From Octopus vulgaris (taxonomy: Eukaryota), in assembly GCA_951406725.2 (NCBI GenBank), contig OX597820.1:53072001-53136000 (forward strand): a DNA stretch of 64,000 bases, read 5' to 3'. Position numbers and translations under genes: made by a program. The stretch's first letter is position 1, and each line of letters opens with the position of its first letter. The notes beneath the pieces were generated by a model. It was given only the letters and a program-made list of their open reading frames with translations. It was not told the DNA's origin and made no database searches. Shown here piece by piece: positions 44,503 through 56,742 of the stretch.

Positions 44503-45224
44503 AGATAGATAGATAGATTCATAGATAGATAGATAGATAGATAGATCGATAGACTGTGTATATGGAATATAATACGCGCACATGCAGACACAAATATACA
44601 TATACGCACATACGATGAAAGAGATGGAGAGACTTGCAAAGAAACAGAAAGAGAGAAATATGGAAAAGTAGAAAATGTGAATAAAAAATAATACAGACAC
44701 ACACACACATACGCACACTCAGAAATGTACACAGACACACACACATATGTATATGTGCTTATATATACACACACAAACAAGACACACACACACACACAAG
44801 CACAGACAGAGAAACGGACATACACGAGTACACAAAAGACAAGGAAAGATTATCTAAGTGATATAAATGTTGTGGTTGTAATTTGTCATTAGAGTGTCTT
44901 ATATAAAAGTGATGTACGAGAGGAAAGAACAAAAACGGTACAACAGCACACACTAACGTATCAGCAACAGAAATCTTTTTTCCCAGACACCCATACAACC
45001 AACCAAAAACAGATAGAAGAGTAACAACACTAACAACAAATAATACTAACACGACAAAAGCAAGTACATCTAGAACAACAACAACAAAGCTAAGAGTAGC
45101 AGCGAAGATGATGAGAACGATAGGGCTGCAACGACAGAACCAAGTATATATTAAAATAATACAATAGCTACAACAACAAAAAAAAAACTTTCAAACAAAA
45201 TTTCTGGCTAAAAAAAATCATCTG

Positions 45225-45237
45225 TAGTAGTAGTAGC

Positions 45238-45278
<41 letters not shown>

Positions 45279-45470
45279 CGGCGGTGGCGGTGGTGGTGGT
45301 TGTGGTTGTGGCGGCGGAGGCGGCGGCGGCGGTGGCGGCGGCGGCGATGGTGGTGGTGGTGGTGGTGGTGGTGGCGGCAGTGGTGGTGGTGGTGGTATTA
45401 CTATTATTATTATTATTAGTAGTAGTAGTAGTAGTAGTAGGAGGAGGAGGAGGTGGAGGAGGAAATGGTA
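45225..45470. repeat. Compound (TAG)/(GGC)/(GGT)/(TTA)/(GGA) microsatellite
   Basis: Directly visible. Confidence 0.9.
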
Positions 45471-45809
45471 ATGTAGTTCAAAATTTGTGCAAGCGAATAT
45501 TACATTAAGGATATAAAGAGAACTACCAACACCTTCTACGATATAAATGTGACGGTTATGTGGTTATATATGAATGTTTAGCCCCGCCAAAGGGTCTGAA
45601 ACTGCATCCTCGTGGAAAAGGAATTTTATTTTCGAAATAAACCCCCTCACAGACACACACACATACACACACACAGACAATGTTGCTCGTAAATAATATT
45701 AAAAGGAACAATTTGCTCCGAGAATTAACAAGTTTTAGATCGACAAGTCTCCCACTCTCTATCCATCTCCGACTGTCTATGTCTCTCAATATATTTACCA
45801 TATTAAAGC

Positions 45810-46394
45810 AGCGAGCTGGCAGAATCGTTAGCACGCCGGGCGAAATGCTTCGCGGTATTTCGTCTGCCGTTACGTTCTGAGTTCAAATTCCGCCGAGGTC
45901 GACTTTACCTTTTATCATTTCGGTGTTGATTAAATAAGTACCAGTTACGCACTGAGGTCGATGTAAGTGACTTAATCCGCTTGTCAGTCTTTGTTTGTCC
46001 TCTCTGTGTTTAGCCCCTTGTGGGTAGTAAAGAAATAGGTATTCCATCTGTCTTTATGCTCTGAGTTCAAATTCCGCCTAGGTCGACTTTGCCTTTCATT
46101 CTTTCGGGGTCGATTAAATAAGTACCAGTTACGAACTGAGGTCGATATAATCGACTTAATCCGTTTATCAGTGTTTCTTTGTCCTCTCTGTGTTTAGCCC
46201 CTTGAGGGTAGTAAATAAATAGGTATTCCGTCTGTCTTTATGTTCTGAGTTCAAATTCCGCCGAGGTCGAATTTGCCTTTCATCCTTCCGGGGCCGATAA
46301 ATTAAGCACCAGTTGCGTACTGTAGTCGATCTAACCGACTGGCCCCCTACCCACTAAAAAAAATTACGGGCCTTGTGACCAGAGTAGAAAAGAA
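45810..46394 (+). mobile_element. SINE family B, three units, with degenerate TSD
   Basis: ctgagttcaaattccgcc at ~45877, 46062 and 46245. Flanks are aatatatttaccata and aatacatttatcata. Confidence 0.85.
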
Positions 46395-47279
46395 TACATT
46401 TATCATACTCTTGGACTCTCACTCACACAGTATATGTATTAACTCACGCGTATAGCTTTCAATTTGTTTAAAACCTCGGCTTCTAATATTTACTTTCATT
46501 CTATGACAGCTTATCATGTACAAAATGCATGGCTTCCAAATCCTGTTTTCTGATTGGGTAAAACTGATCCAACTTTAATAAACCATTGTGACATTTAAAA
46601 AATTTTTTCTGGGGAAAAAAAAATGAATCGCAGTCACGGATTCATCATGAAAAAATACATCAATATACCAAATTTGAACATTTTCACTTAATTTTAAAAT
46701 TCCAGAATCCGTGACAGCGACAGAAAAGATCTCTCTTTCTTGCGCTATCTCTCTCTCACTTTTTCTCTCTCTTTCTCTCTCTCCTTCTCTCTTTCTCCCT
46801 CTCTCTCTCTCACTCTCTTTCCCTTTGTCTATCTTTCATTTTCTCATGATAAACTTTTTCACTCTCAATGAAATTATATCGCTGAAGCTGATTGTGTATG
46901 TATGTAACATAAGGTATGTAAATGATAATTCATTTTGATAACATACTTTTCTGTTAGAAAATGATTTTTTATTACACACACAGGTTCGGTTGATGCAGGG
47001 TGAGATTAACAATTTAAATAACAAAATTGTTTGATGTTGTTTAAATGCCAGCAATGAACCAACGCATCATCGTTCCATACAATGTATTTATAGGGGGAAA
47101 AGTATTGTATAGCATCAATACATGTAAGAGGGACAAACAAGTGGTCGTACGAGGCCCTAGAAACAGCAGCTAAATCTACCTTAAATCACTTTTTCGCCAG
47201 AAAATTACTTTGAAATTATAAATTGCGAATAAGGACTCTGTATTTTAAAACTCTGTTGAAAAGAAATTTCGACAAAAAA

Positions 47280-47677
47280 AAAAAAACGAAAATTCTAATT
47301 TTAGGGGTTGGGGGCAGGGTGAATGAAAACATTTTTAAGGATTTCACTATTGTTTTTTAAATTAAGCTTCATTTCCTGTCTGAAAATAAAGAAAGTGTGA
47401 ATTGTAATTTCCAAGTGTTTTGACTCCCAAGTCTTCTTCCACCGTTTTAAGTGCGCAGCGCAAAAGGACATTGGCCCAAATCGGTAATGAGGGGGGAGAG
47501 GGAGAATTTCAAAAATTTATAAATTTTAGATTATATTTTCATAAACAGCTATCCCTCCCCCATCATTCGCAAGGTTGTGGTGACAAAAAGAAATTTGAAA
47601 TATCCCTGTCAAAACGGAGAAAATTCACTGAAATTCTATTGCGAAAATTACCCGGCAACAATGGGTTACTCAACTAG
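47280..47677 (+). mobile_element. Probable non-autonomous Helitron 3' end (5' limit unknown)
   Basis: tacccggcaacaatgggttactcaaCTAG|T resembles the hairpin plus CTAG terminus at 27792. Confidence 0.5.
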
Positions 47678-47697
47678 TATGTGTGTATGTGTGTGTA

Positions 47698-47913
47698 CAG
47701 TAATCCTTCACCGTATCGCAGCTCACCTATCGTGGTTTATTATTTAAGATTACGTCGATTCCTCCGTGTTGATGTTTAGCATTTATAATAAAATGAATAT
47801 ATACAAATTATAAAAATAATAATATAAAATATACAGTACTGTTTCTGCTTCACGGATTTTCAGCCATCACGAGGTTTGGGAACGTTACACCCGCGATAGT
47901 TGAGGGATTCTTG
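47698..47913. mobile_element. Tigger/pogo-like MITE
   Basis: TA|cagtaatccttcaccgtatcgc ... gcgatagttgagggattcttg|TA form imperfect TIRs with TA flanks. Confidence 0.6.
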
Positions 47914-47924
47914 TACATATCTTA

Positions 47925-48745
47925 TCTTTTACTTGTTTACGTTACTAGACTGCGACCATGCTGATGCATCGTCTTGAATAATTATAGTCGAATAAATCAA
48001 TCCCAGTACTTATTTTATTAATCCTAGTGCTTATTCTTTTCTACTCTAGGCTCGAAAGTTTGGGGGAGGGGGCCAGTCGATTAGGTCGACCCCATTACGC
48101 AAGTGGTACTTAATTTATCGACCTCGAAAGGATGAAAGGTAAAGTCGACCTCGGCGGAATTTGAACTCAGAACATAAAGACAGACGAAATACCTATTTCT
48201 TTACTACCCACAAGGGGCCAAACACACAGGAGACAAACAAGGACAGACAGACGGATTAAGTCGATTATATCGACCCCAGTGTGAAACTGGTATTTATTTA
48301 ATCGACCCCGAAAGGGTGTAAGGCAAAGTCGACCTCGGCGGAATTTGAACTCAGAACGTAACGGCAGACGAAATACGGCTACGCATTTCGCCCGGCGTGC
48401 TAACGTTTCTGCCAGCTCGCCGACTTGCCTGGTGCTTATTCTATTAGTTCCTTTTTGACAAACCATTAAGTCACGGAGATGTAAAGACTTGAAGAGCAGT
48501 TGTCAAGCGGTGGTGGGGAACAAACACAGATACAAAGACATACACACTCATACACACACACATACACACACACACACACACACACTCACACATACGACGG
48601 GCTTCTTTTAGTTTTCGTCTACCAAATCCACTCACAAGACTTTGGTCGGCTCGAGGTTGTGGTAGAAGACACTTGACCAAGGTGTCACACAGCGGGGCTA
48701 AACCTGGAACCAAGTGGTTGAGAAATAATCTTTTTACTACACAAT
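47925..48745 (-). mobile_element. SINE family A interrupted by a family B copy
   Basis: The family A 3' part (47925-48037) resumes at 48428. Confidence 0.8.
48038..48427 (-). mobile_element. SINE family B, two units, nested with 15-bp TSD
   Basis: TSD cctagtgcttattct (48023-48037) and cctggtgcttattct (48428-48442). Confidence 0.85.
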
Positions 48746-49841
48746 GAAAGTGTACAGTATTATACATCCACTATGGCCTATCTTACCTCTAGGTTTCACA
48801 CTAGGTGTTCAACCAGCTGTTAGATAACAACACGATTATATAAACCTACGTTCTTCAGAGTTGACAGTTATGGACAACGATATGGCAACTGCTCTCTATT
48901 ACTAGAGGTGAAAAGATACATCTGGTTTGTGATTGCTGTGAAAAGACGACAAAAGAAATTGAGCAAAGTGTAAGTTAAGGTTCAAAAAACCGCCTCTGGA
49001 GGTATTGCAAAGTGACAAGAGATTTCTGTTAAAGTGCGTATAAGAAAAGTGGCCTTCCTTTTTAAGAGTAGAGAAGCAAATTCCACTCCATTCTTGTACG
49101 TAGGTATGTGTGTATATATGTATGTGTTTTTGTATGTATGTATGTATGTTTGTATGTATGTATGTTTGTATGTATGCATGCATGCATGTATGTATGTATG
49201 TATGTATGTATGTCGGACACAGGCATGACAAATTGATTAAATTCACAACCGAATTTTGAGTGGTATATCCCACTGAGGTAAGTATCTGCTTTTTTTTATG
49301 AGACTCTGATTGATCAAGACCTTGTCTTGAAATTGAATTGATAGAATATTTGACGAAAGAGTCAGGTTCATATTGACTGTATCCCATTTTCAATTGTCCA
49401 ACCTTGTTACGTGCTGCATCATGCTGATTCGGTTTAGAGATGCGTTAATTTTATGCGTCCCTATGAAAGAACTTAATAATAAATTTCTGAAGTTAATTTA
49501 CATATTTGCGAAAAGTTCATTCTGATCATTCTTTGCAGGCTAGTGACAAATAAATCAAAAGATTCTGTCCATTTGACATCATCACCTTCGCGCAGCGTAA
49601 TCACGATTATCTTTAATTTTATTTTTGCATATAGGAAAATAAGATTCACGTATGTTTTTCGCCAAAAGTGATTCGCATAATCAACAGTAAAAAAAGAGAT
49701 ATGAGTAATAACTGTAGGCAATGATATGATCGCTGATGTACTTGTTTGTGTAATGAAAGCCATCGGCAATAAAGTAATAATGTATCGATATTTCCTCACA
49801 CCGTTATATACATACGCAGACACACGCACACAGATATATGC

Positions 49842-49923
<82 letters not shown>

Positions 49924-50158
49924 ACATATATATATTTATATATATTTATATATATATATATACATACATACATATACATACATACATATATATATATATA
50001 CATACATGTATATGTATGTGTGTGTGTTTACAAAAATATATATATATACATATTATCAATAATAATAAAGGGTAAAATTAATTAGTCAATTAATAATTAA
50101 TAATTTTACCAAGTAGTTCGGTATGTTAAAGGAATCATTATCGGTAACCTTATACAAA

Positions 50159-50418
50159 AATTCTATAATTATATGCATAATTATAATTAAGGTTCAGCAA
50201 AAATTGCTTCACCACATACCGAAATTTTGAAATAGCAGTTGAATAGCATTCCACTACTATAAGATATCTCCCAGACAGTAATATTCTCAAGTCACGCAGG
50301 TAAAGAGAGATATCTTATGGTAGTGGAATAGTATTTAACTGCTATTTCTAAATTTCGGTATGTGGTGAAGCAATTTTTGCTGAACCCTAATTATAATTAT
50401 GCTTATAATTATAGAATT
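50159..50418. repeat. Fold-back element 1: ~112-bp inverted arms, 36-bp spacer
   Basis: 50159-50270 is the imperfect reverse complement of 50307-50418. Confidence 0.9.
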
Positions 50419-50564
50419 ATAGAATATATATATAAGTTCAGCAAAAATTTAGATTCAAATGAATATGGTACTTAATTTAGATGCACCAGAATTTTGTATG
50501 GTGTTATCCATAAAAATTCGTGGGGTGATTATAATCAAAATAAGCAACAAGAATGACTCCGGTA

Positions 50565-50654
50565 ATTTTGTACGATCGCTTCGTACTACATCATTTTATT
50601 AAATGTTGTCAGTATTACAACAGATTTAAGATGCTGAGTACTCATCGGCCAATT
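50565..50654 (-). ncRNA. Mutated mirror copy of type I hammerhead ribozyme
   Basis: Minus reads aattgg CCGATGA gtac...gtac GAAG c gatc g TA caaaat, with two core substitutions relative to the + copy. Confidence 0.65.
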
Positions 50655-50890
50655 ATAGAGGTTTTCCATTAATACAAAAATTTTCAAATTAAGTGGCAAT
50701 ATCATAGAGAAGGTAGATATACAGACAAAGATGTGGATTTAAATTTTAAGAACATATGAGGTAGTGAAGTCCTTTCACCACTACCTCATATGTTCTTAAA
50801 ATTTAAATCCACATCTTTGTCTGTATATCTACCTTCTCTATAATGTTGCCACTTAATTTGAAAATTTTTGTATTAATGGAAAACCTCTAT

Positions 50891-50980
50891 ATTTGGCTGA
50901 TGAGTACTCAGCATCTTAAATCTGTTGTAATACTTACAACATTTTATAAAATGATGCAGTATGAAACGATCGTACCAAAT
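50891..50980 (+). ncRNA. Type I hammerhead ribozyme, canonical core, long stem II
   Basis: Stem I atttgg (50891-96)/ccaaat (50975-80); CTGATGA (50897-903); stem II gtac..gcatc..tgttgtaa/ttacaaca..gatgc..gtat; GAAA (50963-66); palindromic stem III ACGATCGT; GUA cleavage triplet ending at 50974. Confidence 0.85.
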
Positions 50981-51006
50981 TACCGGAGTCATTCTTGTTG
51001 CTTATT

Positions 51007-51041
<35 letters not shown>

Positions 51042-51173
51042 AAAATAGTAAAGTGTGAAAAAACGACAGAAGGCTTAAATGTTAAAAAATATATATATTT
51101 GTGTCAAAATGTCTGGAGAATATTGGAAAAATTTTTTTCCTTTCCTTAAAATGACATAATTTAAAAATTTTTA

Positions 51174-51213
51174 AAGAAATTACCGGTTTCGCGTGTAGCT
51201 TTTCAAATTTCTT
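51174..51213 (-). ncRNA. Minimal type I hammerhead (U3-A8 variant), inverted copy
   Basis: Exact reverse complement of 53462-53501. Confidence 0.75.
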
Positions 51214-51349
51214 GTGACGTTATGTTTATATTGCATGGAATTATCGTTGTTTTTATTTCCAGGAGATTTCTAAATAAGGGGAGGTAGTGAGTGATTTTTT
51301 CCGGTGTAGGGGAGATAATCGCTTAAAAAATTTTTTTCCCATTTCCTTG

Positions 51350-51928
51350 TTAATTTCTCTGTGTCAGTATGTTCGGATGGTTGAGTCTGGGTTTGTACTT
51401 TTCAATGAAGAATGTTTCCTTGTTCAGTCTCATTTGTGTTGATGATCCGAAAGCACATTGGTAAAATGGGAAGATTAAAAATTGTGGCAGTAGTTGCTTT
51501 GCGCATTTCTCAATGTGCTCACTAAAAGGTATCATTCTATATTCTGGGAATGCAATCTGTTGTCGATGCAGTGTGCATCTGCGCCTGAGTGATAGTCCCG
51601 TGGAACCCACGTAGTCTTGGTGGCAGCCCGAGCATTTAATAACATAAATTATGTTTTCAGAGGCACAAGTAAAGTTAGATTTGATCTTAAATTTCTGTCC
51701 CTCTTTAAAGAAGAATTCTGATCCTTCCAATAGGTTAGGACATGTTGCACAGTTCGATCTACCACATTTTTTTACTTTTGCATCCGTAATTTTAGAAGAC
51801 AATTTTGCCTTTGTGAGAATCTTTTTAAGTGATTTAGGCTGTTTGTAGCTTTTAATGATTTGGTGTATGTTTAGAATTTCCTTTAATTTTGGGTTTTTAT
51901 GAAGTATTGGTAAATTCTGGGTGATGAT
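51350..51928 (-). pseudogene. Inverted duplicate of the GIY-YIG endonuclease half of the PLE ORF
   Basis: Translation is identical to the C-terminal ~190 aa of ORF 51921..53324. Confidence 0.9.
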
Positions 51929-53324
51929 CAACTTGTATACCAGTATACCTCACAATTATGGACTGGAGGCAATACAATTCTGGTTAGACCAATTTCCGGA
52001 AGAAATACCAAAAAGGATCAGTAAGGAATTCATTACCAAATCAATTGAATTCATCCTACACAATAACCACTTCATGTTTGACAATACATTTTACCGTCAA
52101 AAATCCGGAATTGCTATGGGTACAAGGGCAGCACCAGTCATTGCGAACCTAACAATGGGATACATGGAAATAATCATTTACCAGGAATCTCTATCAATCT
52201 TTGGAAACTCCCTCTCTCAATACATAAAAGAGAATTGGAAACGATTCCTAGACGATTGTTTCATTCTCTGGAATGAAAACATAGATAAACTCCTAAAATT
52301 TAAAAACCTATTGAACAGCATAAACCCAAATATACAGTTCACAATGGAATACAACCAAAAGGAGCTCCCGTTCTTGGATATACTAATTAAAAAAATTAAC
52401 CTTAAAATAGAAACAGACATTTTTTACAAAGCCACAGACGCCAAACAATACCTTCTTTTTAATTCATGCCACCCAAGACACACTAAAACAAACATCCCCT
52501 TCAACCTTGCAAGAAGGATATGCACAATAGTGTCAGAACAAAATACCAGGAACTTTAGACTGCAAGAACTCAAAAACACCCTAATTGACAGACATTACCC
52601 AGCTCAACTCATAGAGGATGGGATCAGACGTGCAACAGAAATCAACATAGAAACTTTAAGAAAAGTTCAACACAACAACACACCTTCCCCGAAAATACTA
52701 CCTTACATATCTACATACAACCCCAGAAACAAAGAAGCCTTCACCATCATCACCCAGAATTTACCAATACTTCATAAAAACCCAAAATTAAAGGAAATTC
52801 TAAACATACACCAAATCATTAAAAGCTACAAACAGCCTAAATCACTTAAAAAGATTCTCACAAAGGCAAAATTGTCTTCTAAAATTACGGATGCAAAAGT
52901 AAAAAAATGTGGTAGATCGAACTGTGCAACATGTCCTAACCTATTGGAAGGATCAGAATTCTTCTTTAAAGAGGGACAGAAATTTAAGATCAAATCTAAC
53001 TTTACTTGTGCCTCTGAAAACATAATTTATGTTATTAAATGCTCGGGCTGCCACCAAGACTACGTGGGTTCCACGGGACTATCACTCAGGCGCAGATGCA
53101 CACTGCATCGACAACAGATTGCATTCCCAGAATATAGAATGATACCTTTTAGTGAGCACATTGAGAAATGCGCAAAGCAACTACTGCCACAATTTTTAAT
53201 CTTCCCATTTTACCAATGTGCTTTCGGATCATCAACACAAATGAGACTGAACAAGGAAACATTCTTCATTGAAAAGTACAAACCCAGACTCAACCATCCG
53301 AACATACTGACACAGAGAAATTAA
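51921..53324 (+). CDS. PLE reverse transcriptase + GIY-YIG endonuclease, N-terminally truncated but uninterrupted
   Basis: RT motifs INLYTSIPH, YRQKSGIAMGTRAAP-IANL-M, WKRFLDDCF, IQFTME, LPFLDI, TDIFYKATD and SCHP-H. Cys-rich linker KCGRSNCATC (Neptune-type). GIY-YIG module NIIYVIKCSGCHQDYVGST...RR...H...E..FI. The predicted start codon comes from the inversion junction and is not native. Confidence 0.92.
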   Translation: MMINLYTSIPHNYGLEAIQFWLDQFPEEIPKRISKEFITKSIEFILHNNHFMFDNTFYRQKSGIAMGTRAAPVIANLTMGYMEIIIYQESLSIFGNSLSQYIKENWKRFLDDCFILWNENIDKLLKFKNLLNSINPNIQFTMEYNQKELPFLDILIKKINLKIETDIFYKATDAKQYLLFNSCHPRHTKTNIPFNLARRICTIVSEQNTRNFRLQELKNTLIDRHYPAQLIEDGIRRATEINIETLRKVQHNNTPSPKILPYISTYNPRNKEAFTIITQNLPILHKNPKLKEILNIHQIIKSYKQPKSLKKILTKAKLSSKITDAKVKKCGRSNCATCPNLLEGSEFFFKEGQKFKIKSNFTCASENIIYVIKCSGCHQDYVGSTGLSLRRRCTLHRQQIAFPEYRMIPFSEHIEKCAKQLLPQFLIFPFYQCAFGSSTQMRLNKETFFIEKYKPRLNHPNILTQRN

Positions 53325-53461
53325 CAAGGAAATGGGAAAAAAAATTTTTTAAGCGATTATCTCCCCTACACCGGAAAAAATCACTCACTACCTCCCCTTA
53401 TTTAGAAATCTCCTGGAAATAAAAACAACGATAATTCCATGCAATATAAACATAACGTCAC

Positions 53462-53501
53462 AAGAAATTTGAAAAGCTACACGCGAAACCGGTAATTTCT
53501 T
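53462..53501 (+). ncRNA. Minimal type I hammerhead ribozyme with U3-A8 compensatory core, in PLE 3' UTR/pLTR
   Basis: Stem I aagaaat (53462-68)/atttctt (53495-501); core TTGAAAA (53469-75); stem II gc-tacac-gc; GAAA (53485-88); palindromic stem III ACCGGT; GUA triplet ending at 53494. Confidence 0.78.
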
Positions 53502-53676
53502 TAAAAATTTTTAAATTATGTCATTTTAAGGAAAGGAAAACAAATTTTTCCAATATTCTCCAGACATTTTGACACAAATATATATATTTTTTAACATTTA
53601 AGCCTTCTGTCGTTTTTTCACACTTTACTATTTTCTTATATATTCACCCACGTGCTTTACCAAACAAACTTTCTTA

Positions 53677-53853
<177 letters not shown>

Positions 53854-54006
53854 AAATATCGTATGTTATTCCCTGTTACATTATAGTACCTGCTGTATTA
53901 GACAATGATCTTTGAATTTACGAATCGAATCCTTTTTTTTAATCCATCTTGTGACAATGTTCTCATTCTGCAGCCCATAATAGGGAACGTCATCATCATA
54001 CTGTTT

Positions 54007-54430
54007 TACTCTTTTTACTCTTTTATATGTTTCAGTCATTTGAATGAGGCCATGCTGGAGCACCGCCTTTAGTCGAGCAAATCGACCCCAGGGCTTATTC
54101 TTTGTAAGCTTCGTACTTATTCTATCGGTCTCTTTTGCCGAACCGCTAAGTTACAGGGACGTAAACACACCAGCATCGGTTGTCAAGCGATGTTGGGGGG
54201 ATAAACACAGACACACAAACGTATACACACACATACATATATATATATATAAATATATACATATATACGACGGGCTTCTTTCAGTTTCCGCCTACCAAAT
54301 CTACTCACAAGGCTTTGGTCGGCCCGAGGCTATAGTACAAGACACTTGCCCAAGGTGTCACGCTGTGGGACTGAACCCGGAACCATGTGGTTCATAAGCA
54401 AGCTACTTACCACACAGCCACACCTACGCC
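54007..54430 (-). mobile_element. SINE family A
   Basis: Same structure as 1372-1768. Confidence 0.85.
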
Positions 54431-54659
54431 TATAGATGATTTTTTTATAGTGATCACATGTTTGTGTTGCACATTGGCTAACTCCCTCCATCAAATTGAT
54501 ATTGCCTGTTCATTTATTTCAGTGTTTCTCAATTGGTGTCAACATGGGCTTTGAGGGTCCATATAAGATTTTGCTGTTAAAATTTATCTGAAATAAGTTA
54601 GTTATACTTCGACATTACACAAAATATTTTAAGAATCTTTTTTTATACAATTCCTAATA

Positions 54660-55207
54660 TTGGGTTGACCGAAAGTTCGGGCCGAGTTTGAAAGGAAAGA
54701 AAAAGGTCAATAAATACTTGCCATTACATTTTTAATAAACCAAATATGAACCATTTTGTTGCACAATGCGTCTCCACCTTTCCTTTAACTTGAAAATATC
54801 CTCTTCCCAGAATTGAGGTGGTTTCATGGCAAAGCATTCATCAAGGTATCTTTTTACGTCATCCAAGGAATTGAAAATTTTTACCACTAAGACTAATTCC
54901 TGAATAAGTGGAAATCCGAAGGAGCAATATCTGGTGAATATGGAGGGTGGGGTAACACATCCCAGCCGAGCTGCAGCAATTTTGTCTGGTTCCCACGTGC
55001 CGAAAATGAACTTTCTTATCTTCCATTTTAAAGGGTTACAAAATTAACGCAGGTTAAAGGAACATAAACCTTCTTCCACGAAAAGATAGCTTAAACTGTG
55101 CCCTAAATGGAGGTATAGTCAAGTTCTATTTTATGGACTCAACCGTGTTCTAAAATTAGTCACAGGTAAGCTCCTATAAATCGGCACGAACTTTCCAGAC
55201 AACCCAA
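54660..55207 (-). mobile_element. Internally deleted mariner with both TIRs
   Basis: TA|ttgggttgaccgaaagttcgggccga ... tcggcacgaactttccagacaacccaa|TA. Minus translation LQLGWDVLPHPPYSPDIAPSDFHLF (mariner YSPDLAP motif). Confidence 0.9.
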
Positions 55208-56675
55208 TAGTATCTATTTATATAAATTTATTAGGCTTTATTTAGACATGGGCGTCCAGTATAGTAAGATTGGAACCAAAGGGATCCATTGGTAAAAAAA
55301 TGGTTGAGAATAACCGATCAATATACAAGAAATGCCTAAGTGTTCATCAAAACCATGTATATGCACTGATTCTTTCAGTTTTCCTATATCTGTTACTCAT
55401 TATCTTGCTGTATCGATTTCCTCTTTTCCTCCACAATTAACGAGTCAGCTATACCTGTTTTTATTGTGTATTCGCAAATTAAATGATCAAACATGCAATT
55501 CACACAGTCCTCGGTCATGATGTCTTCTGATAGAGATTTTGTTGAGGACTTATGGCCCTGAAGTTTAGACCTGTTTTTGAATTCTGTCCTGAATTTTTAA
55601 AGACTGATGAACTTCTAAACATATTTCCGATAGTCCTCTTCTATAACGTAGGAAATTTTTAGATTTTTAGATTAGAATATCATCTGCCTTTGGGTGTTGA
55701 TCAAACGAATTCACTGTTATTGTCACTTCGAAGAGTCTGCATAATTCTTATCATCTTTCGTTATCAGTTCCTATATTCATGACACCGAAATCTGATAATT
55801 CTCATCATCTCTTGGCACTTCGGTCACCTCTTATGTATTTTGGTCGATTTTGTAGCTCCACATTCGATCAAAATGTACGACGATGAGAATCAAAGTTCAA
55901 GGACTGTGTGGTAAATGAAATCATTCGACATACGATAAGAATTCCGTGAACCAAGATTTAGAGCAATTCATACTCTCATCTATGAAGATAAGTTTATTCC
56001 AGTTTTCTTCACAAAAATAATCTGCACTAAGGTATGGTTGTGTTTTATGATTCAGCAGCAGCACTTGCGCCTTTTTTTTGGTTTGGCTTGAGTATGAAGG
56101 ATTTATATATATATATATATCATCTACATGGTTATCTTAAACCACATTATCGCTACAGTATTTTCCTAAAGATTCAATACATTCCCTTGACATCACACGG
56201 GATGATAACAGTGAGACCAATGTTAAACTTTCTTACTATCGATATAAGTCAAAGCCAAATTAAAAGTATGTAGTTAGTACACACACTGTTAACATCTCTA
56301 TCTGGGAATCTATTGGGATACTAATAAGTTCCCCGATTTCAGATTATCTCAAACCGCGAATAGAGTCTCATCTGTAGGGAAATGGATGAGCAGTGAGCAC
56401 CTCCACTAATGTGCTCAATGGCTGATAGAATTCATTACATATTATCAAGGTATACATGTAAGTGGGTTGATTATGTCTACAAAGTATCAACCCAGCGGAA
56501 GTCATGGTGCATCTTGACAGCTAGCTATGAATTTTAAAAGAATATTGACTTGTAATTAGGAAGACACTACGTGTGTGATGGCTTAGTGTAACCTTGAAGG
56601 AACTATCTCTTTTCAGTGAGAAAAGGTTTGTATTCTTTTACAGAAATTGTAACAGCTTTCTTTCCAACATATATA

Positions 56676-56738
<63 letters not shown>

Positions 56739-56742
<4 letters not shown>

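Larger units (their letters stand above)
50535..51010. repeat. Fold-back element 2: 232-bp inverted arms, 12-bp spacer, non-coding
   Basis: 50535-50766 versus 50779-51010, about 10 substitutions by eye. The left arm extends uniquely to ~50434. Confidence 0.95.

Noticed and set aside
49223-49283. Candidate exon bounded by cag and gtaagt
   Set aside because: Stop codons occur in all three frames and no partner exons were seen.
50100-50150. Possible hammerhead on minus (ccgataa...cgaactacttggtaa)
   Set aside because: Too many core deviations and no convincing stem II.
51350-51931. Apparent stand-alone GIY-YIG endonuclease gene divergent from the RT gene
   Set aside because: It is the inverted duplicate of the PLE ORF's 3' half, and its start is created by the junction.
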